A stretch of DNA of 58,019 nt, filler included, from Sluysia triapertura (GCA_046118255.1; 4 parts of 4 records of this genome joined end to end with filler, not necessarily neighbours in it), one strand, 5' to 3'; shown: positions 13,436-26,210, counted from the first letter of the whole stretch. Program-made: numbers and translations. Notes: a model not told the origin generated them from the sequence alone.

Positions 13436-13528
13436 TCTAATTTTTAGCTCCAATGACGATTGTGATGTCTAACTTCAGCTCCAATGATAATTGCGATGCC
13501 TAATTTTAGCTCCATTGATAATTGTGTG
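13436..13528. repeat. Three tandem copies of a ~31-bp unit containing CCAAT/CCATT
   Basis: TCTAATTTTTAGCTCCAATGACGATTGTGATG / TCTAACTTCAGCTCCAATGATAATTGCGATG / CCTAATTTTAGCTCCATTGATAATTGTGTG. Confidence 0.9.
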
Positions 13529-13556
13529 TACAATTTTTTTGCTGATAGATTTTTGT

Positions 13557-13799
13557 TCACCCAATCAGAGTGCTGATGTTTTTCTTTTCTGATCTTTGTT
13601 GTTTAATCTCTGATTGGGTGACATTTGATATCAATGTGATGCAAAATGTGTGAATTGTTAAGACCCTGATTGTACACCATCATCATCAATGAGTTTTGGT
13701 TAAAAATAATTAAATGAAATGTCACAAGTGATGATGGTGACAACAAAATTTATTTACTAAAAATTTTGATAAAGATAGTTAAAATAATTAGCAATAATA

Positions 13800-13865
<66 letters not shown>
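13557..13865 (-). promoter_or_regulatory. Cassette 4 double-hairpin module
   Basis: Perfect 14-bp IR TCACCCAATCAGAG 13557-13570 / 13608-13621; perfect 11-bp IR CACCATCATCA 13675-13685 / 13729-13739; then (AAT)n. Body not evident beyond this. Confidence 0.75.
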
Positions 13866-14776
13866 GTAATGACATATTGTCGTTTACGGATGATTTGTTT
13901 AGACAGTCTATTAAAAAGCTATGAAAACTTAAAATGTTTTAAGGTATGAAATTGACAAAATATATAAAGTCATTCCATAAAAAAATAAAAATATTAATAG
14001 TAGTAATATTAAGAAAAAAATAATTATAAATCAACATGAAAATCTAAAAATAAAAATAAGAAAAATAATTTTCAGTCACTGAAATTCTGAAAAATAAAAT
14101 AAAATATAAGAAAAATTATTTTTACTTGTGAATTTGGTAGATATATCAAAAAATAAATTATTATAAATATCTAGTAAGCAAGTAAAATTCGGTAAGAAAA
14201 AGATATAATAATAATATACGATTAGTACACATTCCTTACAAGTTGCTACCAAGGTGGATGCAGACCTACTTTTTTGCTTTTGATTGAATTTATAATAATA
14301 GACAATTAGAACGAGTTCCCACCAAATCAATTTCTTTAAAATTATTGTCTAGGTTTGTATGTTTATTTTTTATAATAATTTTGTCTTATTATTATTATTA
14401 TTCTGTCGCTATCCTAATAAGATACCTATAAAATTACTTTTAAAATCTCAATCTAAAATGAACAAATTTATTATTCTTAATCATTATATAAAATCTTAAT
14501 TAAACTTATTTAAGTTTGAGCTATTTTAATATAATAGTTATAAAATCCTAATTCATTAATATTAACATTAATATTAGTGGTTTACACAATTATTTTGTAT
14601 CTATTAGTAATATTATTGATAGTTTAGTTATTTTACTAACTTTTTAATCGAATTTTTGATCGTAAATATTTGTTATTTGTGTTACCTAATAGATATTGTA
14701 GATATTATTGTGTTAGGATACACGCCTAAAGTGCCTTTTAGTATAATTGACTGTAATAATCCAAAATTGTTAGACT

Positions 14777-15010
14777 GGGCTGATAGTTCAGTGAGAGGGC
14801 ACGATGTCGATTCCCGGTCAATCCATTTTTTGAGCCCACATATCGAATACCCTTCCGATGTTGAATTAAATGATTTACAAGATGTTTGAGGCCTTGTAAG
14901 TGCCATTTAGTACAATTCACTAATAATCTAAAGTTGCTAGACAGGGCTGTTATCTCAGTGGGTAGGTCATCGAACTGTGTAGCGAGAAGCCCGGGTTCGA
15001 TTCCTTTCGT
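14777..15010 (+). pseudogene. Two degenerate tRNA-like heads (tRNA pseudogene or SINE-like)
   Basis: GGGCTGATAGTTCAGTG...GTCGATTCCC (14777-14820, internally deleted) and GGGCTGTTATCTCAGTGGGTAG...GGTTCGATTCC (14944-15004) carry Pol III A- and B-box-like motifs; acceptor stems do not close. Confidence 0.55.
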
Positions 15011-15418
15011 AAGAATAAAAAACGTATTTAATACTAATAAGATTATTTTGCAATAAATACATTAAATTATTCAAAATACGTCTACTAAAATAACTTCTGA
15101 AAAGTCATGCATTATTACGGAAGTAACGTAAAGAATGATTCCGAATGTTATATTTGTTTATGTAAAACCTTCTGTTGTTAAAATTAATGAATAAATATGT
15201 TACAAAAACGTTATTTTAAGAATATAATACCGCAAGCTGTCATTAAATCGCAACAAATAAAAACATAATGATAATAATAATAAATATTGTTACTATATCA
15301 TCATTGTTCAATCCCGTGAAAAATAAAATCAATGTTTAATTCGTTATAAAAATAAAACAAAATATTTATTAAATACAAAAAATAAAAGTACAAATAAACA
15401 AAAACATTGCTTGACACA

Positions 15419-15954
15419 TTAATTTCTGAAAAAAAGAACAATTAAATATTATTATTAAATAAACGTACACGCCTCGTTTTTGTTGTCGACCACGCTGATT
15501 CGGATTGTCGAATAAGTTTGTCGAAATTGGTAGCTTTGAGTTGGTGAACTTTTCATAGATTTTTTTATTGTCTGTTACAATGTGAAACAATGTAATATAA
15601 TTACGAACCTTTATTAAAAGCATCATCACTATCGATGTTATCACTGGGTGCATAAAACGGTCTACCGACATAACCACTTACCGGAGGTAGATCATCGTAG
15701 TTATCATTGATTCTGTCAAGACATTCGTCGTAATGTGTTTCAATTTCGTCTATTCGAATAACGTGACTAAAATTATATGCACATCGAACAAAATCATCGC
15801 AATTTCGATGACATTTGAATAGATGATTTTGAAGACTACCAAGTTTTAGTATTTCTTTTCGATTAATAGGACATCGAACTAAAGTGTTATTGTTCGTTCT
15901 TAAAGAAAATATTATTTTAATCATTCGAAAGTCTAACCCATAAAATGTTGACAT
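15419..15954 (-). CDS. GTSF1: GTSF1/Asterix-like tandem CHHC (U11-48K) zinc-finger protein, 4 exons
   Basis: LVRCPINRKEILKLGSLQNHLFKCHRN...FVRCAYNFSHVIRIDEIETHYDECLDR matches the GTSF1 double-finger spacing. Predicted GT-AG introns 15937-15899 (39 nt), 15608-15572 (37 nt), 15468-15426 (43 nt); stop 15421-15419. Confidence 0.8.
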
Positions 15955-16880
15955 TTTTTAAAAGCAACTTTTATGAAAAAATTGTTGTCTAAATGAAATA
16001 TGAATTATCAAATATTATTATTTTATTTAAAATTGATTTATTGATTAAAAACAAAATTAATTCAAATAAACAATATTGTAACCTTTAAAATAAATTTTAT
16101 TTTTATAATGTAAAATGAATTTTGCATTTTATATTTATTGAGAAATGTTAATTATATTTAAACTTTAATTTTTCGTACTTCAATAAATGATGTTGAAGAC
16201 TAAGAAGTGCTGCTTATTATTTGATAAGTACAAAGTTTATCAGTACTATTTTGAATGAATATATTAAGTAATAAGTTGTAGTTTAATTTTAGAATGTATT
16301 TTCAGAATTGTATAATTATTCGACATAAAATAAGTAAATAAATATTATATTAAGTTGCAAAAATATTTGATTGAAGCGATATTTATATTTATATTTTCAA
16401 TTCGGAATAAAAATGGGAAATAAAATGGAAGAATGAATTATTATGCGCATTTGTGTTATTAAAATATTGATATGCGTTACCACAATCACAAATCTTCGTA
16501 TATGATCGTCCACAGTGTTTGAATGTAAAATAGTCAAGTGAGGTTGAATACTTAAACTGTATAAAGATTGTCTAATCGAATGACTAGAACATTCGAAATG
16601 TAATAATCATATAATCTGTGTAAATATTATTTAGTTTTCTATGTAATATCTGGTTGTGTTTTTCTGTTAACTCTTTAAAATTATTTTCTAGCTTAATTTT
16701 AAATAATATATTTGAGGCCTTCTTTAAACTAGGATAAACTATGATATTTTTATCGTCTTATTTAAACAAATGTGGTACTTTTAAATCATATTAAAAAGGA
16801 TTTATAAAAATGGCGAGAATATTTTTGTATGTTGAGAGTTTAAAATCGATTTTTTTTGTTTAAGAAATAATATACTTAGA

Positions 16881-16948
<68 letters not shown>

Positions 16949-17048
16949 NNNNNNNNNNNNNNNNNNNNNNNNNNNNNNNNNNNNNNNNNNNNTTAATTAA
17001 TTAANNNNNNNNNNNNNNNNNNNNNNNNNNNNNNNNNNNNNNNNNNNN
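16949..17048. other. Assembly gap with artificial TTAATTAATTAA linker
   Basis: 100-nt block of Ns with a central six-frame-stop linker; identical blocks at 29816-29915 and 41999-42098. Confidence 0.97.
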
Positions 17049-17058
17049 TTAATCAGTT

Positions 17059-17123
17059 GCGGAACCCCTGTCAACGTTCCAGGGAACCCTAGGGTTCCGC
17101 GGAACCCAGGTTGAAGACCCCTG
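17059..17123. mobile_element. End of an hAT (Charlie-type) MITE
   Basis: TIR GTTGAAGACCCCTG (reverse CAGGGGTCTTCAAC) at 17110-17123 with GGAACCC/GGGTTCC subterminal repeats; truncated by the gap. Confidence 0.7.
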
Positions 17124-17617
17124 CCCTAATCGAAAGTGGTTGTGAATATTGTACAGCAATTTTATGGGATTTATTCAAATATTACAACTTAATAAAGCAA
17201 GATACTGAAATAATTAGGTATAAAACCATTTCAACAAAGAATCGCATAAATAACGACCTTATGAAAGCTGAATCTTTCGTTTGTAAACTGCTTACAAGTC
17301 CTAATAAGGAACCAAATCTATCATTACTCGATGCTGATGCGAATTTGAAAACTTCTCATGATAATTTAGACATAATATTCAGAATTCAATTTGATATTTT
17401 CTCATTTACTTATGTAACATCCAATGATCATATGATGTTTTTAATGCTTTACGTACCTGAACTTGTAGTAAAAGTGAATGATTCTTATTCTTCGAATGAT
17501 CAGTATCTTAAACCATCAAGGGAAGTAGATTGTAATGAATTTTATGGGAAATATATAATTTCTTTTTATAATTACTATTTAGCTTGGTCTACAGACTCTC
17601 CTCTTAACACGTACTAA
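17124..17617 (+). CDS. Probable coding exon(s) of an unidentified gene
   Basis: Long stop-free frame with protein-like composition; the TTG start in the ORF track lies inside the MITE and is not credible. Confidence 0.35.
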
Positions 17618-18341
17618 ATTCCACAGAAAACTTAAAAGTTATAAAAATAAATCAACAAATTATCACAATTATGAAATACAAAGACGTGTACAGTTTAAAT
17701 AAAATACTAAGACACATATTTTTCTCTAAGTTTAATTATTTTAAGATTAATCACACTTAACCACCGAAAGGGGCCTTAATCGTAAATAGTACTATTTGCA
17801 TTTACAATATTCTGTAATAAGTTTTGGACTTATTATTGAATGCATTATTGATGTCGATTTGGAAAATGTCATATTTCACTAATGTTCAAAAACGTGTTTC
17901 TCATACTACTCATACCACAAAACAAAAAACTCTAAATAATTATTGCATTAAATTTGGTATTCAATATATTAGGTCTTTCTAAATAAAAGTATGGAAATTA
18001 TAAAATTATGCATGGAAATGTCATTGATAGTTTTTAAATATTTAATAAAATATTTAATTCATTATTTCCTCTAAATGGATATTTATTGTTTCATAAAGGT
18101 GATATTGGCATTATAATAAGTAATCACATAAGTGCTACAATAGTTGACATTGTTTCAGTTAAATATAATTCATTTCAACATTTGAAATTAAACATTACTG
18201 ATACGAATAAATCTTTATTATTAGTAGACCACACAGTAACTAAATGAATATTTTGTAAGCCGTTTAAATAACAGAAGATTTTAATATAAAAATAAATCAT
18301 GATAATAAATCAAACAGTAACTTCATAGAATTAATAAATAC

Positions 18342-18342
<1 letters not shown>

Positions 18343-18399
<57 letters not shown>

Positions 18400-21300
18400 T
18401 ATCAATTTATATTTCGCTCATATCTACTGCAAAATAAATCATTCATTATAATATTTCTGAAACAGAAAGAACTTCGCCTTTCTTAAATATTTCATGATCT
18501 TCCAGTGATTTGACATTCACTGGTTGTATTCTTTGGAAACATAAACGGTGTACAACCTATCATCTAGCTTATTATCACTGCGGATTCTGTATAGATTATT
18601 AATTCTCAATTAAGTATTCATCTCGGTTTCCAAATTTTTTATTATGCGTAAGAAATATTCAGGACTTCCGTAATGTAAGCATTTGTAAATTATTGTCATG
18701 ATTTTGAATTGGCGCCCAATACAATTCCTTAAGATAAGGTCTTACATGAGATCTTCCAACTTGGAAAATTAGTCTTGTTGCTTGATTCATTATTAACTTT
18801 TCACTTTATTATATGAAATTGAGTGCAATATACCATTGTTAAAATCTCTGTTATTAGTTATGAATGAATGAACAATTAGTTTAGATGTTTCTTTATTAAT
18901 TAATTTCCGAATATTTGATATTTTATTTAATTGATATTTACACATTTTAACAATACAATTAATATTTTCTTCCATGTTCATTTTTGAATCTATATAACAT
19001 CCGTAGCGTATCACCTACAATTAACTTTGATTCATTTATTTTGGTATCGTGGTTATTTTTATTACTGAAGATGATAAATTCTGACGTTTCTTCATTGATT
19101 TTCCAGTATTTATTTCCAAACCATTTTATCAATTTAGATACTAGTTCTTCTGTTCTTTGAATAATATTTTTTATGTTATTCACTTCAAATTCAGTATATA
19201 TTTGCACATCATCAGCATATGTATGGTATTAAAACCATATGTCGCGATTACACTTGAAACATCATTGATATATATTATAAAAAATAATGGATAATGCTTT
19301 ACACAGACCTCATTGGACTTCACATTCAAAAAGACGTACTGATTCAAACCATTTTATTGCACATTCTTTGGAGATCACAAAGTAACTGTATCAAAAACAG
19401 TGCACATATCTAACAAAACCATCAAAACACATTTATTGTGATTAAAACAATTTAAAAATATCATAATGCATTCTTAAAATTGCTGTTTCTATTGAGTGAT
19501 AGGCTCTGTAGGTTGATTGATACATTGTAAGAAGTTGATTTTCATCTAATAACTTTGACAATTGCTTTTTCAATTAATTTTGTTAAGAGTGTTATATTTG
19601 ATACGGGTCTGTAATTATTTAAATGTAACGGATCACCAAATTTTAGTTGAGGTAATTATGACGGATACTTAAAGGGACTTTTAGACTATATAATGAATTA
19701 TTTTAATATATTTCAATAATAACCTGAACAATTTTAGTCAAAATTGAATTATTTTTGATAAGTTTGGTTGATATTAGGTCAATAGAACTTGTTTTGACAT
19801 TTCCGACATAATGTGCATTAACTTATCCTCATTAATTTTCTTTAATTCAAATTCGTTTATGTTCTTTTGCATCTCTAATTTAATATTTGATCAATTACTT
19901 CTATTTCGTATATTTTCCACTTTCGATACAAAAAATTTTATAGTCATTTGACGTGATTTTATCATTTTCATTTTGTTTACCAAATAATCTATTAAATAAT
20001 TTATAAACACATATGATATTTGATATATTGACTTATTATATTGACTTTTTCTTTTTAAAAGCTTCAAATAGTATATTAGGAGATTATATGTATTCTTTCT
20101 TTGTTTCACCAGTTTTTTTATTTCTCCATTTCCTCACTTTGCAGTGCTTATATCTTCGCAACTCAATAATCTCAGAATCAAACCAAAATTTCTCATTGGC
20201 ACCACATCTTATAAAACATGTTTGCATTTTAGAAGTACATGCTTGTTTAAATAAAAGGATAATGTTCTGTTGTATAAATTGCTTACTGTATCTCTATCGT
20301 CTGTAAAATTTATCATTTTTCAAATTTGCTCGATACGTCTGTTCTCAACTCTTAAATATCCATTTTTAATAAGTTTCTATATTCAATCTTTTTATACCAA
20401 ACAGAATTTGTAATCTTAAATTCTACTTTAAAAGTAAATAAATAATGATTAGATATATCTAATAGTTCATTCACATTTATAACAGTAACGGTAATCACTA
20501 TCAATATTGGTTATTTGATCTATTACTTCTATTTCGTATATTTTCCACTTTCGATACAAAATATATTTCCACATTTCATATAATTTCATGCGGTTCGTTA
20601 AATTAAATATATTTAATAAATATATGAATGTTTTATTTGTTTTACATTCTTCATTCATTTTTATATTAAAATCCCAAGTTATTAAAACGTCTTTGGCATT
20701 TTCCAAAACAATATCCAAATAATCATAGAATTCATCTAAAAGTTCTTTAATTGAATTATTGGGTGGTCTATATATAGCAATTAATAATATCGTTTTATTT
20801 GTCTCAGTAATATTTAATTCTATATGTTCAACTGATTTATATTTAAGTGAAACAATGTCAATAAATTTGTCACTTATTTATTATGACACCAATACCACCA
20901 CCATGTGATCTTTCTCTCTACATTTATGAAAAAATTAATATCCATTAGAGGAAATAATGAATTAAATATTTTATCATTTTTTATTTTAGTTTCTATTAAA
21001 CAAAATATATCAATGTAATTTCCATAGTTTTATTTTGAAGAAACCTAACATTTTGAATACCAAATTTAATATAATCATTTTTTGTACTTTTTGCAGTTTT
21101 TTGATTTATATTCATAATTTTTCTTATCTTTTAAAATTTCAATATATTTTGGACATTTATGTGAATTAGCTGGATGATTAAAGTCATTATGACATTTTAC
21201 ACAATTTATGCACTTGTAGAACTGTTCGTTTTCTTTATTCGGACTTTTTCCTCTATGGTTTTAGAACAGTATAAACACGTTGGATCATTTAATTTATATC

Positions 21301-21450
21301 TGCAATTATGAACAGTGTGACCAAAAGCTTGACGGTATAGGTTGTATAATACGATGATGACTCATAACCTTACAACTTTGAGAATATACATTTAACTTAC
21401 CATTCAAATCAAAATAGTTCTTGATTTTGTATCCGACTTTTTTAGAAAAG
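18343..21450 (-). mobile_element. Decayed near-full-length non-LTR retrotransposon (L2/CR1 group)
   Basis: ORF1 Cys/His knuckle remnants (FGHTVHNC, CLYC, CINC...HPANSHKCP, about 21150-21340); APE motifs (GGGIG, IAIYRPP, WDFN for GDFN); NYRPVSNITLLTKLIEK about 19570-19620; RT core YHTYADDVQIY about 19196-19228; HVRPYLKELYWAPI about 18710-18750; (ATT)n tail at 18343-18400. Many stops and frameshifts. Confidence 0.88.
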
Positions 21451-21774
21451 CCACCTCAGCTAAGTTTAGAAAACATTAAGTGTAAAGTTTCTTGTTTAAT
21501 GAACTGCATAAAATTTATTAATATTTATAGTAATATTGTTTTACTGATATAAAAGTAAATTAACTATTAGTTATACCTTATCGTTATTTATTGGAGATTA
21601 CAAATTGTGTTTGGTATAAAAAAATTGAATATAGAAACTTATCAAAAACTGACATTAAAGGGGTGACTTATTGAATACATTTTAATTGTATTCAATAATT
21701 GTACAATAGAACATCATCCTTTTATTTAGATAAGCATGCACCTTTAAAATGCAAAAAGTAGTAAATTTTTTTGA

Positions 21775-22497
21775 ATCCGGTATTTAAGCCGCGGCTTATC
21801 TAAGAAAACAAGTTTTTTTTAAATCTTTATTGCGGCTTAAACTGAATTTTTTTAAAAGAAAATTTAAATAATAATTTATTCAAAACCACTAAAATCTTCG
21901 TCAAATAATCTCGAGCAATCCGAATGTTTTGGTAACTATTCTAAACTTTCTTCAACTTCTCGACACAAAATACCTTATCTATAAAATCCACCCTTAATAC
22001 AGTTCATCGTTACATCATTCCATGATTCTTTTATTCAATTACAAACTAAACTATAAGAGGCCCTTTTCAAAGCTCCACCCGAAGTAAAACTGTGGTCCTT
22101 TAGCTACCTATTAAGTCCATTCTTCCCATAGCTTACTTTCGAATGTCTTTTTCTACTTAATTTATAAGCACAAATATTTCTCGGTCTAAACGAAAAAATT
22201 TTAGAATAATGTCTGAATTGATTTTGCAAATTTATATTGGTCTACTTCTTTATTAAATGCTCCAAAATATTTGTTTTCGAACTCGAGATAAACAATCTTG
22301 AAAATATAAACGATTTTTATAAATCTGTCGTTAAATAGAGATGAAGTTTAACATAGTTTCTAAATAAAGATTTAATAGGGTGACCATTATAAAGTTAAAA
22401 AGAATCATTAAAGTGACGCTAAAAAATTCAAATATTTGCTGTGGCTTATCTAGAGAAAAGATAGTTTTAAAAAATTTATAAGGTGCGGCTTATAAGT
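21775..22497 (-). mobile_element. Internally deleted pogo-family (Tc1/mariner superfamily) transposon
   Basis: GCGGCTTAT subterminal motifs at both ends (about 21791, 21832, 22441, 22486); the minus strand gives HSFTSGGALKRASYSLVCN*IKESWNDV (about 22010-22095), typical of the pogo DDE-1 C-terminal region. Confidence 0.7.
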
Positions 22498-22719
22498 GTA
22501 ATTTTAAGATAATTCCAAGATGATTGTGCAACTGCGATGAAGATAGATACTGATGAAAGACTAAGAAATAATTTGTAACGTTGTGTAAAATCATAATCGA
22601 AGAAAAAAGGGGGACTTTTATAATGAGTCGTTTAGAATCAATAAATAAAATATTTAAAATATTTATAAATTATTTGGTAAAAAACTAAAATTATTTAGAA
22701 AATGATAAAATTACCTAAA

Positions 22720-23100
22720 ATGACATTTTACATTCTTTTGTATCGAAGTGGAAAATGTACAAAACATTAATAAATCAAGTATTATATTAGAAATCTAAAG
22801 AAGAATATAATTAAATTTGAATTTAAGAAAATTAATGAAAATGATTTAATAAAGATTATGTCGGAAATGTCAAAAACGAGTTTTATGAAAATAAAAAAAT
22901 TATTCATGAAAATTATTAAAAATTCATGATAGTCTAAAATTTCCGTCAAGTGAAAAGTATAACTTGTATAACCTCATCTGAAATACGGTGATCCTTTAAG
23001 TGTAAATAATTACAAACCTGAATCAAATATAACTTTCTTATGAACATTGATTGAAAATGCAGTTTTAAACTCAATGCTGCCTACTTAAACCACTTTTATG
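22720..23100 (+). mobile_element. Second fragment of the same LINE family, opposite orientation
   Basis: TTTGTATCGAAGTGGAAAAT, ATTATGTCGGAAATGTCAAAA and GGTGATCC...AATAATTACAAACC match the reverse complement of 19560-19935. Confidence 0.75.
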
Positions 23101-23194
23101 AATAATCATACTTTATGTGGAACGACTTTTTAATTCATAAAAAATTTTATAAATGTTAAATTTAAATGACCTTAATTAAAATATTAGATATATC

Positions 23195-23595
23195 TAAGGT
23201 GACCATATTTTTAGATGGGCAAAGCGGGACAACTCTGAAAGAGGGGGAAGTATCAACAAAAATTTTCATACAGAATAAAAATAATATCGTAATATTTTTT
23301 TATTTTTTAACAATAGACTTACCTTAATTTTCTATGGTAAGTGGCAGATTTGTAATATTTATTTGTTTAATTAGCTTGCTAGCACGTAGTACGAACACGA
23401 ATTGTATCATCTGAGAGACAAATACAATGTAACTGGGTAGCAAAAGCAATATGTAAGTCGTAGTAGGATTCTTAGAACGCAAAACAATGATTTTCATAAA
23501 TATAAATTTTAACTTAATTCTAAAAGTCGGGATTTTTGAAAAACGTCGCGGGACGCTGGACAAATTGTAAAAAATCGGGACGTCTGGTCACCTTA
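23195..23595. mobile_element. hAT Blackjack-type MITE, copy A
   Basis: TIRs TAAGGTGACCA 23195 / TGGTCACCTTA 23585-23595, with CGGGAC subterminal motifs. Confidence 0.85.
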
Positions 23596-24293
23596 TGTAT
23601 ATTTATTTGTATACCGTATTTAGATCTAGGATGAGCTGAAAGAAAGTGATACAGCTAAATAAATTTAACAATTTTACGAAAATTTAAAACATGAATTGAG
23701 TAAATATGGTTAAACGTAGAAAATAATTTCAAAGTAAAATGTTAAAAGCTGTATTTTGGCATCTTTGATAGAAATATTGTTACTTTAGGGCAGTATTACT
23801 GTTAAGAGTTGTAATACATCCATCTTCTACACGTCAAGAACTTTATTGCTGACAAAAATATAAGTATCACACATTATATGAAAAGAATTAATTACTCAGA
23901 TATTAAAAGATGAAGAAATAAGCCCAATCCTTTTTAAGTATGAAGTTATTCGTTACTGCATATTCGTCGCAAATACTTAAGAATTTATTTATATTCATAC
24001 AAATTATATAAATATTTATTTCAATAAGAAATTAATTTAAACCAAATAATACTTAAATTAGGAAATTAGAGCTTGTTGAGGAATGTGTATAAGTAAAACA
24101 TGAAAGTATTTTTTCAACAAGATTTTCATGGTCATTGACAACCTTAAACTATATATATATTTGTGTGTGTGTGTGTGTGTGCGTTTCTATTAATTTTTAT
24201 ATTAACACATTTAAGCGTAACATAGTTAAGTGAGTAAATGTAAATTTCAAATTTCAATGAAAAATTTTGCAAGCTCTAATTTGCTAATTAACA

Positions 24294-24680
24294 TAAGGTG
24301 GCGGGACAGTCCCGATTTTTCACAATTTGTCACGCGACGTTTTTCAAAAGTCCCGACTTTTAGAATTAAGTTAAAATTTATATTTATGAAAATCATTGTT
24401 TTGTGTTCTAAGAATCCTACGTGCTACGACGACGAACATATTGCTTTTGCTATCCACTTACATTGTACTTGTCTCTCAGATGATACACTTCGTGTTCCTA
24501 CTGCGTGCTAGCAAGCTAATTAAACGAATAAATATTACAAATGTGCTACTTACCATGGAAAATTAAGGTAAATCTTATGTTAAAAATAAAAAAATATTAC
24601 GATATTATTTTTATTCTGTATGAAAATTTTTGTTGATACTTTGCTTCCCGCTTTGCCCATCTAAAAATCTGGTCACCTTA
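24294..24680. mobile_element. hAT Blackjack-type MITE, copy B (inverted relative to A)
   Basis: Highly similar reverse complement of 23195-23595; left TIR partly deleted (TAAGGTG), right TIR 24670-24680. Confidence 0.85.
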
Positions 24681-24993
24681 ATTACAATCACCTTAATGAA
24701 TTCTCAACATAATTATATATTTTTATATTATAATACTTCGATAATGTTATAATGTTATTTGCTAGTTATTTAAGAATTTTAATAAATTTATCTTAATTTT
24801 AGTTTTTGGTTCCTAAAACAAAATTAATGAGTTAATTATTTTTGTTTGTATTTACAAGTTAAAACTATTTTCGGCGGTAAGTTTGTTTACTTTTCTCATC
24901 GGAATGATTAAAAATTATTAGTTATTGTTATTGTACTGAGGAGATAAATTAACTAAATTACTTTTAATTAAAAAATTTAAAATTTTTAGAATT

Positions 24994-26210
24994 ATGGGGG
25001 CTTTTCTAGATAAACCAAAAACAGAAAAATCAAGTTTTTTTGAAAATAGTGACGGATTAAGTTATGGCGTTTCTGCAATGCAAGGATGGCGCATTGATAT
25101 GGAAGATGCTCACACTGCAAGATTATCATTAATTGAACCATTCTCAAAATGGAGTTTTTTTGGTGTTTATGATGGACACGCAGGAAGTATTGTCAGTGAT
25201 GTGTGTTCTAAGCGTTTGCTTCCAGTTGGGATTATTTTTACTCATTATAATTTTTTATAGACAATATTGGAAACACGAGAATTTAAAACGTTAGAATTAA
25301 ATTCGGACAAAGATCCTATCAATTTAGAACAAGTTAAATTAGGAATACAAAAAGGGTTTTTAGAATTAGATCATTCAATTGGTACTAGTACTGATGTTGA
25401 AAATGGTGAAGATAAATCAGGATCAACAGTTTGTTCAGTATTTGTCACTCCAAAATATATCATATTTGCAAATTGTGGTAATATTTGAATATTATAATTT
25501 TATGTTTTGTAGGAGATTCACGTGGAATACTTGTTAGAGAAACTATTGTTCACTTCAGTACATTTGATCACAAACCAATGAATCCTACTGAACGTGATAG
25601 AATTCAAAAAGCAGGTGGTACAGTAATGATACAAAGAATAAATGGATCTTTGGCTGTATCGAGGTTAGAAAATAGTGCAAACAGTTTTCATATACTGATA
25701 CAAAAGTAAAAATGAAATATAAGGCAAATGATCGTGTTGATAAGATTTAATTGCTATATTAAATAAAATTCAAGTTAAAATGTTATGAATACTTAATATT
25801 TTAAGCATAAGAATAATTTTTTAATATTATACAGGTCCTTAGGAGATTTCGATTATAAAAAAGTGGAAACAAAGGGTCCAACTGAACAATTAGTGTCGCC
25901 AGAACCAGAAATAACAATTATTGAACGCGATATATTGAAAGACGAGTTGCTTGTTTTGGCCTGTGATGGAATCTGGGATGTAATGACAAATGAAGAAGTT
26001 GCTGAATTTGTTAATCACCGGTTACAACGGAATTCTGATATTAGTAAAGTTTGTGAAGAAGTTATTGATGCGTGTTTGTATAAAGGTAGTCGGGATAATA
26101 TGAGCATTATTATTGTGACAATGCAAAATGCACCAAAATACGATGAAACACTTGCTGAAAAAGATAAGGTGCTAAATGAAAATATTATTAGAAAGACGCA
26201 TGGTTTGTAA
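24994..26210 (+). CDS. PPM1B: Protein phosphatase 2C, PPM1A/PPM1B type
   Basis: [78 protein letters not shown]. Exons 24994-25224, 25261-25477, 25513-25663, 25835-26202; introns of 36, 35 and 171 nt. Exons for the C-terminal domain were not located. A versus B paralogue cannot be resolved. Confidence 0.95.

Noticed and set aside
13436-13528. Possible CRISPR-like array
   Set aside because: Contiguous repeats without spacers, in a eukaryotic context with no cas genes.
23324-24511. Two similar ORFs (RRFSK.PTFRIKLKFIFMKIIVL)
   Set aside because: Incidental frames inside the two MITE copies.
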